DNA from: Octopus vulgaris
Lineage: Eukaryota
Length of the DNA stretch: 64,000 bases
Reading direction: 5' to 3'
Assembly: GCA_951406725.2 (NCBI GenBank)
Contig: OX597821.1
Location: 83,142,001 to 83,206,000, forward strand
Both the position numbers and the translations under genes were made by a program. Position 1 is the stretch's first letter, and each line of letters begins with the position of its first letter. This document shows positions 23,110 through 36,146 of this stretch, one piece after another. The notes below the pieces were generated by a model. That model had not been told where the DNA came from. It did no database searches and saw nothing but the letters and a program-made list of their open reading frames with translations.

Positions 23110-23520
23110 TAAAAAAAAAAACGGAGGAAAAAAGACAAGAAAAAGCAACAAAAGCGAGGATGTCGTACATACAAGGTATCAATAAGACTCTAAGAGAAGG
23201 AAAGAAAGAGTGGTTGTTTTATGTTTCGAGCAAAGCTCTTCTTCGGAAACAGGAGACAAGAAAGTTCAAGAGAAAAGGAAGAAGGAGGAAAAAAAATCGC
23301 CGGCAGTCCACGTGTAGTTACATATTGGGATGACCGGAAGTAGATGGACAAAAAGAAAGTGCTTTCTGGGTCAGAAGAGTGTGAAGAATGGTTGGTATCA
23401 GTGTATATGTGTGGGTGTGTGCGTGTTTGATGATGTGTGTGTGTGTGTGTGTGTGTGATAGCGTATGTGTGTATGGTAGCGTGTGTTTGTGGCAGTGACT
23501 GAGTATGTGTGCGTATGGCG
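23110..23520 (-). mobile_element. Penelope-type terminal repeat with CA array and hammerhead motif (23215-23251)
   Basis: Minus strand: acttccggtcatccc..cctgtttccgaagaagagctttgctcgaaacataaaaca. Confidence 0.7.
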
Positions 23521-24455
23521 GTAACAGCCGAAATGCTTGGTGTATCAAGAAGTACTGTCTCAAAAGTAATGACAGCTTTTGAGAAAGAGGGAAAACCTCC
23601 TCGTTGAAACAAAACTCCGGAAGAAAACCAAAACTTTCAGATAGGGAATGTCGGACTCTTACGCGAATTGTTAGAAAGGATCACAAAAGTACAGCTCCCA
23701 AAATTGCTGCAGAGTTTAATGACCACCTCAAGAACCAAGTTTCCACAAAAACTGTTCGCCGGGAGCTGCACAAAGCCGGATTTCACGGGAGGGCGACAAT
23801 AAAAAAACCACTACTTTCAAAAACAAACCTTGCAAAGAGTTTAAAATGGAGTAAAAATCTATAGAATTGGTCCCTAGAGCAGTGGAAGAATGTAATTTTC
23901 TCGGACGAATCATCTTTTACCTTGTTTCCGACCACCGGCCGAGTATATGTGTGGAGACAGCCAAAAGAAGCATTTGACCCAGACTGTCTTCTTCCAACTG
24001 TGATGATCTGGTGGGGGCTATATCTTGAAAATCCGCCAGCCCAATGGTTTCCCTTTATGGCAGAATTAATTAGTCAAGACTATTTAAGCAATTTATCTTA
24101 TCAACTTCATCCTACAGGTGCGGAACTGTTTCCGGGAGAAAACGCAATCTTTCAGGATGATAATGCACCAATTCACAGAGCTAAAGTTGTTACTGAATGG
24201 CATGAGGAACATTCTAGTGAAGTTGAACATCTTATCGGAACACCACAGTTCCCAGATCTTAGTATTATTGAACATTTATGGTGCATTTTAGAAAATGAAG
24301 TAAGGAGTCGATATCCTCCACCATCATCACTACAAGAACTGGAGACTTTTTGGCTGAAAAATGGAAAAAAAAATCCTTTGGAAACAATTCAAACTTTATA
24401 CGAGTCCATACCTCGTAGAATTCAATTTGTAATTACTGTCAAAGGTGGTCCAACA
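23520..24455 (+). pseudogene. Tc1-like (DD34E) transposase remnant
   Basis: GVSRSTVSKV, SGRKPKLSDR, VSTKTVRRELHKAG, KKPLLS, WKNVIFSDESSF, FQDDNAPIH, PDLSIIEHLW; stops and frameshifts. Confidence 0.9.
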
Positions 24456-24974
24456 AGAACTGTATGTATATGTATATGTATATATGTACACACACACACA
24501 CATATGTATATATGTATTAAAGAAAGTAAAAAATAAAACAAAAATGATTGTTCACTATCTGGTTCAGTATTCTGGCCACAGGAATTTCTGTCCAAGAAGT
24601 TGTACATCATCTCCCTTTTTCTCTCACATACCCACTTTCTCTCTATATTTTCCCTCGCTCTCTCTCTTTTTCTCTCTCTCTCTCTCTCCCCCTCTCTCTC
24701 TGTCTTCGCCAACGCTCTCACCGTCTCTATGCCTACTATTACTCTCACCCCAGCATGAGAAAGTGTCATTGACTAGTTAGAGAGGGGAAGTCAAAGTGTG
24801 ACGTAAGAGAGAGGAAGAGAAAAAGGAAGAGAGAGAGAGTGTGTGTGTGAGTGTATGTGTGTGTGTATGAATGTATGTGTATGTGTGCGTTTGTGCGTGT
24901 GTGTGTGTGAGTGTGAATGTATCTATGTGTATGTGTGCGTTTGTGTGTGTGTGTGTGTGAGTGTGTGCGTGTGT

Positions 24975-25075
<101 letters not shown>

Positions 25076-25129
25076 CGTGTGCGCGTTGTAATATACTTTT
25101 CTGTGATGTTTTTATGTATCGAACCATAC

Positions 25130-25321
25130 ATTGGCAGAATCTTTTAGAACGTCGGACAAAATGCTTCACGGTAAATTTCCCTTCTGGTTTCAATTCCCAC
25201 TGTGGTCGACTTTGCTTTTCATTTTTCCGAGGTCGATAAAATAAATACCAGTCAATCACTGGGGTAAATGTAATCAACTAGCCCCTTTCCACAAAATTTC
25301 AGGCCTTTGTTTATAGTAGAA

Positions 25322-25381
<60 letters not shown>

Positions 25382-25603
25382 GTTAAGGCAGTGAGCTGGC
25401 AGAATCGTTAGCACAGTAGACAAAAATGCTTAGCGGCATTTCGCCACCTTTACGTTCTGAGTTCAAATTTCGACGCGGTTCACTTTTCCTTTCATTTTTT
25501 CGGGGTCGATAAATTAAGCACTAGTTAAGTCCTGGGATCCATGTAATCGACCATTTCCTCCACCCAAATTTCAGGCCTTGTGCCTATAGTAGAAAGAATT
25601 ATT
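25130..25603 (+). mobile_element. Two tandem SINE family 2 copies (tail beta) separated by (ATT)n
   Basis: tggcagaatc..gtcgataaa..aatttcaggcctt..tatagtagaaa occurs twice. Confidence 0.8.
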
Positions 25604-25827
25604 CTTATCATTTGTAGTTATTGTACTAATAGCAATGATGCTGGTGATGATGGTGCCATTTTTCATCTTCCTAATTTGATATAATAGTAAGTATGCTTTA
25701 GAGTTGACGTAGGTGTTGTTAGCAACGATTGTTTTCGAGTGGAGTTACAATAGACTGCAATAAATCAACAATATAAACACTATATAAATACAATTTCTAC
25801 ACAATAATTTCAATAATTTCTACACAT

Positions 25828-26312
25828 AGGCGCAGGAGTGGCTGTGTGGTAAGTAGCTTGCTAACCAACCACATGGTTCCGGGTTCAGTCCCACTGCGTG
25901 GCATCTTGGGCAAGTGTCTTCTGTTATAGCCTTGTGAGTGGATTTGGTAGACGGAAACTGAAAGAAGCCTGTCGTATATATGTATATATATATATAAGTG
26001 TGTGTGTATATGTTTGTGTGTCTTGGGCAAGTGTCTTCTGTTATAGCCTTGTGAGTGGATTTGGTAGACGGAAACTGAAAGAAGCCTGTCGTATATATGT
26101 ATATATATATATAAGTGTGTGTGTATATGTTTGTGTGTCTGTGTTTGTCCCCCTAGCATTGCTTGACAACTGATGCTTGTGTGTTTACGGCAAAACAGAC
26201 CGATAGAATAAGTACTGGGCTTACAAAGAATAAGTCCCGGGGTCGATTTGCTCGACTAAAGGCGGTGCTCCAGCATGGCCGCAGTCAAATGACTGAAACA
26301 AGTAAAAGAGTA
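25828..26312 (+). mobile_element. SINE family 1 with an internal 117-bp tandem duplication
   Basis: Consensus head and tail; 25904-26020 is repeated at 26021-26137. Confidence 0.9.
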
Positions 26313-26999
26313 TAGGAAGACTCTTTTTTTTTTTTTTTCTTCACCGGTTCTACAAGCTGTGACATCTGTCATTCTTATTCTACAACAAAGGATTTTAAGA
26401 AACATTCACACGCTGATACGACAGGCCGCTAACAAATTTTTAAAAATATTTGCTTAGACACTGGAATGTGAATAATGTCGTCCACCTTCTGTTTTGCTCG
26501 TCTTTATTTATTTCTCGCTGGAAATTTAGTTATGCAAATTATTGACAGTATAGCGGTGGTCTTACTTTATTTAATTACTATTCTTAACAACGTTTTATGC
26601 TTTAAATCCTGTTGTGGTGACTTCGCCGTTTATCCTTTTGGCGTTGATAACTAAAGTGCCAGGTCAATGCAACCCGTTGTTCACCATTTTCGTTTTGGTT
26701 TCTATGTTAGAAACAATAATATTGAGTTCAAGTCCCGCCGAGGTCAACTGCTTTTCATCCATTCGGGGACCATAAGACAAGGTACCTGTCGAAAAATTAG
26801 GGGCGATGCAATTGACTAAATTTGTTCGCCTTGTGTTAAAATTTGAAAGACTCCTCCTCCTCCTCCTCCTCCTCCTCCTCATCATCATCATCATCATCGT
26901 CATCATCATCATCATCATCATCATCTCGTCCTCGTCGTCGTTGTTGTAAAGTTAATACATGCTACTTTAGTTAGCAAGGATGTTGTTTTTAGGTTTAAT

Positions 27000-27290
27000 G
27001 AGAAATTCTAAGATGTCAAAAATATTTCTTGGGATTCTTGCAGAAATTACAGGATGTCACTTCTCTGTGGTGTAGCAATGCGTACCTCAATTCTAACATC
27101 CTGCAACTGCTTACGTGGCAATTTGGGTGTTGGGCTAAGAGTACCAATCACCACAGAGACAATTATCACCTTTGTTTTCCACACTCTCTTTATCTCCCCG
27201 ATAAAGATCCTGATATTTCTCAATTTTCTCAATTTCTCTGGTATCCATTCTATTAATACGCGATATTGTAAAGTGAATGATCTTAATGAT
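27000..27290 (-). pseudogene. R4/Dong-like RLE retrotransposon 3' fragment
   Basis: KLRNIRI..EIKRVWKTKVIIVSVVIGTLS, homologous to the C-terminus at 38450-38700. Confidence 0.7.
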
Positions 27291-29190
27291 CAACAGCCCT
27301 TAAGCGTATAAATCTCCGAATCGACCGGGGTTCGAAAGTGGAATCTCCGTGTTCTTTCAGATAGGGCTGGATATCGCAAAACGGACCATCTTCCTGGATC
27401 CAGAGAGCAAGTGATGTTGATTGTGAGCACCAATGAAAATGAAACCCTCCCACAAGTAGGTACGAGAGGGTGTTCATTAAAGATTTCCCCTGACCCACTT
27501 CCGGTTATTGCAGGAAACGGAACTTGTACAGGTATAATTGTACATGTCACATTGTAAATTGCAACTTTCCACTAATATTCGTTTGTCTTTTACGGCTGGT
27601 GAAGTGGACTAAGGTGTTATAATGGAGGCAGTTAAATGCAGAGCAGTGATCAGGCTCTTGTACTTGAAAGGTCGTACGCCAGAAGAGACTTTTGATGAGA
27701 TGAAAGAAGTTTATAGTGACGATGTACCATCATACGGTGTAGTCAAGTACTGGCATCACCAGTTCAAATGTGGTTGGATACCGGTGGAAACTGCTCCTAT
27801 TCCTGAACGACCCAATTTTACCATTGATGACGACACTGTCCACAAAGTGGAAGCTGCCATTTCCGAGGATTGCTGCATAACTCTTCGACAACTAGCCTAA
27901 GAAGTGAAGTGTCGGGTCCGTGGAAAAAATCATTCACGACTATTTGCACATGGGAAAGTTATCTGCATGATAGATTCGCTGGAAGCTCATACCTTTTCAG
28001 AAGCAGGAACGGGTCAACTGCTCCTAGGCCCTTTTGGCAATGTGCCAAGAAAACGAGGAGGCCTTTTTCGGTAGATTTATCACACAGGATGAAACATGGG
28101 TACACCACTATGATCCTGAGATTAAAGTCCACTCGAAGCAATGGGAGCGTGATAACTCACCACCTCCAAAGAAGGCTTGTGGAACCAGCGCAGAGTACTG
28201 ATGATGGATTTTCTGGTAAAGGGCACCACAATTAATGGGGAATATTATGCTTCTCTGATTTAGAAATTGCGGACGCCATCAAAGCAGACAGGTGTGGCTT
28301 TCTGGCAAAAAGAGTCCGCCTCTTCGAAGACAGCGTCCCACTTGACAATGCGCATGTTGCCCACATGAAACCACACTCCTGTGGCTAAGAAATCCTTCTT
28401 CATCCCCCTTACTCTTCCGACCTCGCATCATCTGACTTTCACCTCTTTCCAACCATGAAGTTTTTTTTTAAGAGGAAGCAATTATCGGATTATTTCCAAG
28501 GTGAAGTCTTGGCTCCGGACGCAACCTACCGACTTGTCAGACGAAATCTTCAGAGCTGCATAAAGCAATGAGAGAACTGTGTCACCATTGGTGGTGGCTA
28601 TGTAGAAGAAGGACTAATACTTATGCCAAGTTTCGTTTATCCCAGTCCTTGGGAAGTGGGTCATGGGAAATCTTTAATGAACACCCCTCATATCTACGCC
28701 TCGAAAGGAGTGAGGCATACAGATTTCTTTTGACGTCGGGCGTCTTTCCTGGGAACGTACCGCTCTTCAGAGCTAGTGTAAAACTAAGATGGCATCTGGT
28801 TGCATGGTAGGTGTATGTGAGAATAACCGTATCAAAAGACTTATCAAGCAGCGCAGATGTAACCAACAGTTTGACAGGTTCTGACTGGATTTCCCAAGTG
28901 TACCAGTCTGGACATGAATAAACTGCATCAGACCATCTAAATAGTATCTAGATAGATTATTTTATAAATTAGTTGATAGGAACGGTGTCTACAATTGAAA
29001 CTCATCGGTTACACAGGTCACAGATTTGTATGGCCGACCCAGATAGGCTTCATAGGCAGACCCCCGCTCACTGAAAGCTGAATGTGATTTTCCTGGCGCG
29101 GAAAGCTTACAAAGACAAGATTAACTAATTAAATGAGGCATCGTTAACGGGGAAAGTGATCGGTAACAAAAAGGTTTAGTAAGGGAGTTG
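27290..29190 (+). pseudogene. Tx1/L1-like ORF2 apurinic endonuclease remnant, interrupted by a mariner
   Basis: Colinear with 31000-31670 and 35220-35550 once 27461-28692 is removed. Confidence 0.65.
27461..28692 (+). mobile_element. Mariner element (DD34D), near full length, decayed
   Basis: TIRs tacgagagggtgttcattaaagatttccc.tgacccacttcc / ggaagtgggtcatgggaaatctttaatgaacacccctcata; RAVIRLLYLKG, FITQDETWVHHYDPE, HPPYSSDLASSDFHLFP. Confidence 0.92.
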
Positions 29191-29499
29191 CTAGCTCAAA
29201 GCCACAATTTGAAACCTATCATCATCATCATCATAGCTATTGCTACATTCGGTAGAGTTGCTATATGTCTGTGATCCTCTTCCTTTTACTCTCTCCCACT
29301 TGCTCTTTATTACCCTCTCTCACTTACTCGCTTCTCGTTGTTATTCTGTCAGTAAACAAATGACCTAATGTTTCTCAAAGATCTCCATTGCTTAATTATT
29401 GATTAGGTCATTATATAAGTTGCATCTGTCGTTTGCTTGCAACCAATCATATAAACGAGATTTTAAAAATGGTGAGGGACAAAAGTCATCGGTTGTTTT

Positions 29500-30375
29500 G
29501 GCGTTTGGTGAGAAATCTCCTCAAATTTCAAGAACGTTTCTTAGGATTCTTGCAGAAAATACAGGATGTCACGTTTCTGTAGTTTGACAATGCATGTCTC
29601 AACATCCTGCAGATGGGAGCTTAGGTATGATGTTAAGTGACCCAATTAGCAGTGGCACAATTATCACCTTTGTTTTCCACAATCTTTTTATCTCTCTGGC
29701 TAGACTATGATATTTTACAATTTTCTCAATTTCCTTGATATCCACTCTATTGTTACATGATACTGCAGAATATATGATCTTAATGATTCTACTGCATTTG
29801 TTTTAATGTTCTCTTCAATCATATGTTGTCTCTTTGCTTCAGTAATTTGGTCAGTCTTTATGAAGACTAGCGTTCTTTATTTCCAGTATCATCAGTTTGT
29901 TGCATGAAGTGATTATTCAATTTCTTCTCTTTCCAGCCGTTTGTCCTGTCTCACTTTTTTCTGTTCTTGAATTTTGTTTCTGAGCCGTGTTGGATATTTC
30001 AGGCCGCAGACAATATTCTTTCTACACTGCGTATGCCATACTCTTTCAAACATAATATCGTAGTGTCTTGTGCGTTTAACAAACCTCTACTGCTTTCTTT
30101 TCATGCTAGGCAGAGCCTATCCATATTAATTTCAGGACGGTGTGCATTGTACATTGTGAGCAACTTCCAAGTTCTTCTTTCGAAACTCTGGCTTTGTCCA
30201 TTTTAGACTAAAGCAGAATATTTAAATATCTGCACGACCCCTGGCTTCATTGCATTGGTAACACTCCCTCTATTTAGTTTTGTTGCGAACGCCTTGACCA
30301 TTCTCTTGGATTCTTTCTCTCTAAACTTCTCTTTCCATTACTCCGTCGTCTTGCAGCGACCTTGAGTACTTGAGA
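29500..30375 (-). pseudogene. R4/Dong-like retrotransposon fragment with internal deletions
   Basis: Minus strand carries KYSRSLQDD/ATKLN-like RT-end motifs and the RLE C-terminus (KTKVIIVPLLIGSL). Confidence 0.65.
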
Positions 30376-30859
30376 AGCTAACCTATTGGTTCTCATCTGT
30401 GTGTGTGAGAGGGCACATTTTAGATGACCCTGTCTGTTATTTTAAAGTAATATCTTATGCATTTGGCGTGTGTGTTTAGTCATGTTCTTATCTTTATACA
30501 TTTCAAATTGTCTTCTCTGTATAATGTGCTTGACACATTTCTATCTTTATCTTGTACTTCCCTATATGTTTTCGTAAACCACTATCTTTGTTACTCAAGG
30601 CTTATATAAAACTGTGTGAACGAAATGTAATCAATGAAATCGAATGTAATTTACCACCGTGATCAAAGCGTCGGAAAAATTGCCTTGCGGTATTTGTTCC
30701 AGCTCCTTATGCTCTGAGTTCAAATATCGCCAAGGTCAGCTTTATCTTCAATCCCCTAGGGGTGATACAGTCGAGAACTAGTCAAGTTCTGCGATCGATG
30801 GTGTCTACTAACGCCATCCTATAAAAATTGCTGATGCTGTGCCTACATCAGAAATGGTG

Positions 30860-31700
30860 TTATTAAGCAGTATGAATGCACATCACTTGGGGTCACCTTG
30901 GAAGCCAAGCCACCTTCACATCGACTTCAGGTCACTAGACGTACATGTAGTGGCTATCAGAAAGACCAAAATCTTTGGATCGTAAGCCCTCGGTCCTGTC
31001 TTCAGCAGCCTCTAAGCGTATAAATCTCTAAATCGACCGGGGTTGAAAAGTGGATTCTGTGTGTTGTTTTAGATAAATCTGGATATCGCAGAACGGATTA
31101 TCTTCTTGGATCCACAGAGCAAGTTACTGGTCAATAATATCAGTAAAGATCAACACCGTCCACCCCAACAAGCAAGCGTCTTTGCCTCGAAAGGCGCGAG
31201 GCGGATGAATTTCTTTAGACGTTGGACATTTTTCCTAGGTGCGTACCGCTCTTCAGTGCTAGTGTAAAATTAGGACAGTACCTGAATTCATGATAGGACT
31301 ATGTGGGATTAGCCGATAGAAAAGTGGTGCCAAAAGACTCACAAAGCTACTCAGATGTAACCAACTGTATGACAGGTACTGACTGGATTTCCCGAATGTG
31401 CCAGTGTTGGCATGAACATTCCGCACCGAATCAAACGGATATAATCTAAACGGAGTATTTTGTAAACCAGTAGATAGGAAGGTTGTCTACAATTTAAATT
31501 CGGCAGCTACACAGAGCAGAAATTTGTATGGCCGGCCCAGATAGGCTTCATAGGCAGGAATCTGGTTATTGGGAGCCGAATGTCTTTCCTGGCGCGGAGT
31601 GGTTAATTAATTGAGGTGGTGTTAACGGGGACAGTCGTCGATAACAAAAGGTTTAGTAAGGGAATAGCGATAGCAGAAACGAAATTAGAGCGGAGATCGA
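30860..31700 (+). pseudogene. Tx1/L1-like ORF2 endonuclease remnant
   Basis: SMNAHHLGSPWK..DFRSLDVHVVAI..IIFLDPQSKL..LDFPNVPV..GYW.; paralogous to 35220-35550. Confidence 0.65.
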
Positions 31701-32399
31701 GTTAGAAATTAAAAACGTTTCAGAAAAGCAACGCAACCTTGCAGCGAAAAAGAAATAAGAAAGAAGAAAGCATCAAAAACACTTCGCAGAGGCTGTTATT
31801 GCTAGGATACTATTTGACTCCGGAAACCTTGAAGGATATCGCCTCATAATTGATTCTAGGAACTGACCAGGATGCCATAAACGCCACTGCCACCCACATC
31901 GTCTGTGACAATAAAAAAGAGATGTAAAGTGAGCAGGATCCTAGGCTGCTCGTGAGCAGGAGTGCAAGAAAAACAAAGCAATCCCACTCACCCCAGAAAA
32001 AACAACACTACAAAATGTGCGACGTTTCTTATTTGTCCTTTACGTCGAACTAAAGTTCACAGTTCCTCGCATAGCAAAAGAAAAACTAGTATAACTCACA
32101 AACGAAATGAAAGAAAATGCAAGGAAGAGCAATGTTTCAATTGAAGGGATGACCTCCGAATTGTCTGATGCAGTTGGGTGATTAACTGTTTGTAAAAACA
32201 AAAGGAACGAAAAAGAACACAGCTAGTTTATCAACTGCATTTGGATTTTATAACAGAATTTAAGCAGAAAGAGACAAGAAAGTAAAGAGATAAGAAAGGA
32301 AAAGAAAGAAAAGGAAAAGAAAAGGAAACGAAAGAAAAGGAAAAAGTTGGGAGTTAGAATAGAAGATTGAGTGGGAGGGAGCGATGGGTTACATGTCCT

Positions 32400-32885
32400 A
32401 GAACAAGTGGTGTGTTCGGCTGCGCTCCGCGGTAGTGACATCGATGGTGTTGCCGCAGAGAATTGCCAGCGACATTCGCTACAGCAACCACTCCACCTCG
32501 TCGTTCTCATTTCTCTAACGGACCGCCATTATCCCTATAGTACAGGGAAAATCGATGGTACGGGGTCCTGGAACACCTGACGTCTCGACGGCGACCGGCC
32601 AGGCCCCTGTATTTATTGATTGTTCTTCTCCTCCACGTTACGGACGGCGACTCCCCGGTTTGCAGCAGATGGTGCAAGGTTGGGGCCGGAGAACGCGTCG
32701 TTGCACGTCGCATCCGAGACTAGAGATATGCCTCCCTCCTATAGGATGAGGGTCATGCCATCGGAGCACTTACCGTCTCCGCAGTCGAGACCTGCTTGTT
32801 CAAGTTGAGACGGGAAGCCAGCCACGTGGAGGCCCCTTCTGCACTTAGAGCGGCGTGTCGAGAGAATCGGTTCGCACAAGGACTA
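32400..32885 (-). pseudogene. CRE-clade non-LTR retrotransposon RLE C-terminal remnant
   Basis: GLDCGDGKCSDGMTLI..SLVSDATCNDAFS (compare DGKRPDG.TL.PW..LVWD.TC.D), VETSGV.GP, EVEWLL*RMSLAILCGN (compare QRLS.AIQRGN). Confidence 0.8.
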
Positions 32886-33329
32886 CTATTTAATTTTTTT
32901 AGCTTTATTAGTTTCAGTCGGTTTTGAAGGGTTTCATCGAACAAATCGACCTTAGTCAGTCAGTTAGTTCGCTAGTTGCTGAATATGCTCAAAACTACTT
33001 TTGAGGACAACGCTTTCGGAGGCATGAAGAAGACCAGTGTTGCGAGACTCTCTGATTCAGCTAAAGAATATGAGTAATCACCCGTTTGTGGATGGGTAAC
33101 TGACCCTGAATGGTTATTTTTTTACTTTTTTATTATATCATATTTTAATTCTTGCTTTTTATATTCACTTGAAGTTTTTATCTTATATCAATATTAAAGT
33201 AACAATTACCGGAAGATTTTATTTGCTGTTAAAATTTTAAAAATCATTGTATGCATGTAAGTATAAGTCCTTAAGAAAAATAAACAAATGTCTCTCCTCA
33301 TCATCGTTATTGTCCTCCACCTCATTATT

Positions 33330-33905
33330 CAGCCAAACCAGTTCGGGTGTGATGTTAAGAGTAACAATTACCAGAGGAACGATAATCACCTTTGTTTTCT
33401 ACAATCTCTTTATCTCACTGGCTAGAGCCTGATATTTATCAATTTTCTTAACTTCTCTGGTATCCACTCTATTATTGCATGGTACTGTAAAATCTATGAT
33501 CTTAATACTCTAACAGTAGTCGTCTCTATGTCCTCTATAATCATATCTGGTCTACTTACTTCAATAATTTGATCAGTTATTAAGATCTGTGTTCACGCCA
33601 CTTTTCTGTCACTTTGAATCTATGCACTCGGCTAACATTACAATGCACTAAAAGTCGATATTACAATTAGTATGGTGTGTTTTGTATATTGTGAGCATCT
33701 TCCAAATTCTTCTATCAAATTCCTGTAGTTCTGCCTTTGTCTATTTTAGAATAGAAGCAGAATATCTTAATACTAGCATTGATAACATTCCCTCCATTCA
33801 GTTTTGTTGCGAACGCCTTAACCCTTCTCTTGTACTCTATTGAGACTTTCTCTCTTACTTCTCTTTCCATTAATCTATCGTCCTGCAGTAACCTTGAGTA
33901 CTTAA
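33330..33905 (-). pseudogene. R4/Dong-like retrotransposon fragment
   Basis: FKYSRLLQDDRLMEREVREKVSIEYKRRVKAFATKLNGGNVINA, plus the RLE tail KTKVIIVPLVIV. Confidence 0.7.
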
Positions 33906-33949
33906 ACATCTAATCACAGCAGGTTCCCACTCGTGTGTGAGAGAGAAAC

Positions 33950-35550
33950 CTCAGTTGATGCTGTGTGTAATTTTTCCTGGGTCGTAGAGTGGAAAAAATA
34001 AAAATTGGAGTCATAACGTCAGAAATAGTCATCTGTTGGTTGGTGGTAGCTGTCCTCCTGGACATAGAGGACCAAAACAGAAACATCATAATACAGGTGT
34101 GGAAACTGCATAAACGAAACTGGTTGGGACGAGGCTTAGAGTTGTAGGTACAAATGGATAGAGAAAGTTTAAAAACAATTCCGGATGTCATAAATTTACC
34201 AGATGGCACCAGTCTCCACATGACCGTTGGGGGGTAGAGAGCCGTGGTATCACCTGTGTAAGGAGACAAATCATCTAAAGGCCACAACAAAAGAGAAAGG
34301 GAGCCCCACCTCCTGCTTTTTCCGACATCGCCACAACAACAGCAACAGTACCAGCAGTGTCAGGTGACCACTACAGTTGCAAAAACAACAGAAGCAGCAG
34401 CAACAGTAGCACCGACAGCAGTAATAAAAAGAACAACAAGAGAGGAAGCAACAGCAGCAAACAGAACAGAGTGCTAGCAATGTCTATGGCCTCCACATAC
34501 CAGCATCAGAATCCCCCGAAACAAGAACAATAAGCAAAAATCTCCGTAAGACTTACTCCTTCCGTGTTCGCACCAGTCAGACATGACCTGTAGTGAGTGG
34601 GACGACAAAGAGCCAAAGTAGCAAAATGTTGGCAGAAAAACAAACTAAAGAAAAATAAACTAAAGTACACCGATGTCTTCACAAAACAACTCGCAAGTAT
34701 GATCAGATGAGGGAGACGCCTTTCAGACCAAATACCCAAATACTACCCCCAACAGTAGCCACACCAGTACCGTCAACAACAACATCATCCCTATCACAGA
34801 CACCACCATCACAAACACAACCCAATTCACACACACACAACTCTCAGGTCGTACATCTGAACACCAGCAAAATCCAAACATTATCAACTACACAGTCATA
34901 AACACCAACAATAAAGCACTGATGGAACACATATATAACCATACAGATATCACACACACCGATTTTATCACACCAACAAGCAACATATCAACACACATAA
35001 AGGTCATCCTTACGTCACAAAATATATACAACCCTATAGAAACTAAATATCCTGAAGGCGTCGGTGCTTTCAAGACAAATATCAACAAAAGACTGTATGA
35101 AGAACTGCTTATGGAAACATCCCAATATAGAAATGGGAAGGGAACATACATCCTCACCTCACCAACAAAATCACTATAAGTAACCTTTTCCGCATCTGTT
35201 CCTTAATATGGCATGACCTTTATCTTAGGATAGGGAGTATAAATGCACGTAGCCTGGAGTAACCTTGGAAACAAAGCCATCTATTCGGCGACTTCAGATT
35301 GCTAAGTGTAGATGTAGTGGCTATGAGTGAAAGCAAACTCTCTGATCGACAAGCATTCATGCCCATTTTCGATGAATACAGGATATATTTATCTTGATAT
35401 CAACTGGGAATGGGAGTGGGACTGCGGTGTTGTTTCGGAGAGATCTGGATCTCAACGTAAGGACTATCTTCCAGGATGCAGAAAGTAAGTTGGTGGTTCT
35501 GGATTTGAATAGTAGTGACGGCGGTGCATTGTTTTGCACCGTTCCCAATG
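33950..35550 (+). pseudogene. Tx1-like LINE: decayed ORF1 followed by the ORF2 endonuclease start
   Basis: ORF1 remnants are homologous to 51165-52417 (NWLGRGLEL/DWLGKRIEF; IPDVINLPDG/IPTHVHLEDG; GVGAFKTNINKRLYEELL/AVGGFQKYLSQKLYKNLL). ORF2 start reads IGSINARSL..DVVAMSE..GSGTAVLFRRDL. Confidence 0.8.
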
Positions 35551-35600
35551 CTTTTATATGAACCCTCAGTGGTTAATAAAGAAAATATCATTATTATTAT

Positions 35601-36146
35601 TGAGTGAGAGATCAATGCATGCCATCAAAGTGACACTGGGGTACAAATATACTAAGCCCAATATATCTATCATGACTACCCCTCTGGTAAGGTTACACCA
35701 AGCACATGCATCACAACCATATGTGCGCAACATGGTGGTCTCATATCAAGATAAACAGTGCATGACCTTGCAGGTTGGCCCAGCGAGAATTTTCTTTATG
35801 TCATGTAGTCTATCCTGCTCAAAAGGTCCCTGAGTAAGGGTTGTTTAAAGATGAAGAACGAAATATCCATATTTCCAGAGGTGAATTATTCAAACCCCAA
35901 AGAATTCACCTCAACACATTGTTATGATGAGCCCCCACTACTTCTGCTCGTGATCAGAGATGCAACAAATCGTCAGCTACCAACTGGTTAAGGTCAAACA
36001 ACTGACAAGCAAATTTGTGGTATGGAATGAAATATTTGCTGTGGCTCATCTTTTATGTGAAGACAAAACATGTACTTGATAACACTTCCAGTCAGTTGAG
36101 ATCAGAAGCCATGAGAGCCAGTGGCTGGTACTGCATCAGGGCATTT
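35601..36146 (-). mobile_element. ~550-bp non-coding (AAT)n-associated element, copy 1
   Basis: Inverted, end-to-end colinear homolog of 36988-37546. Confidence 0.85.
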
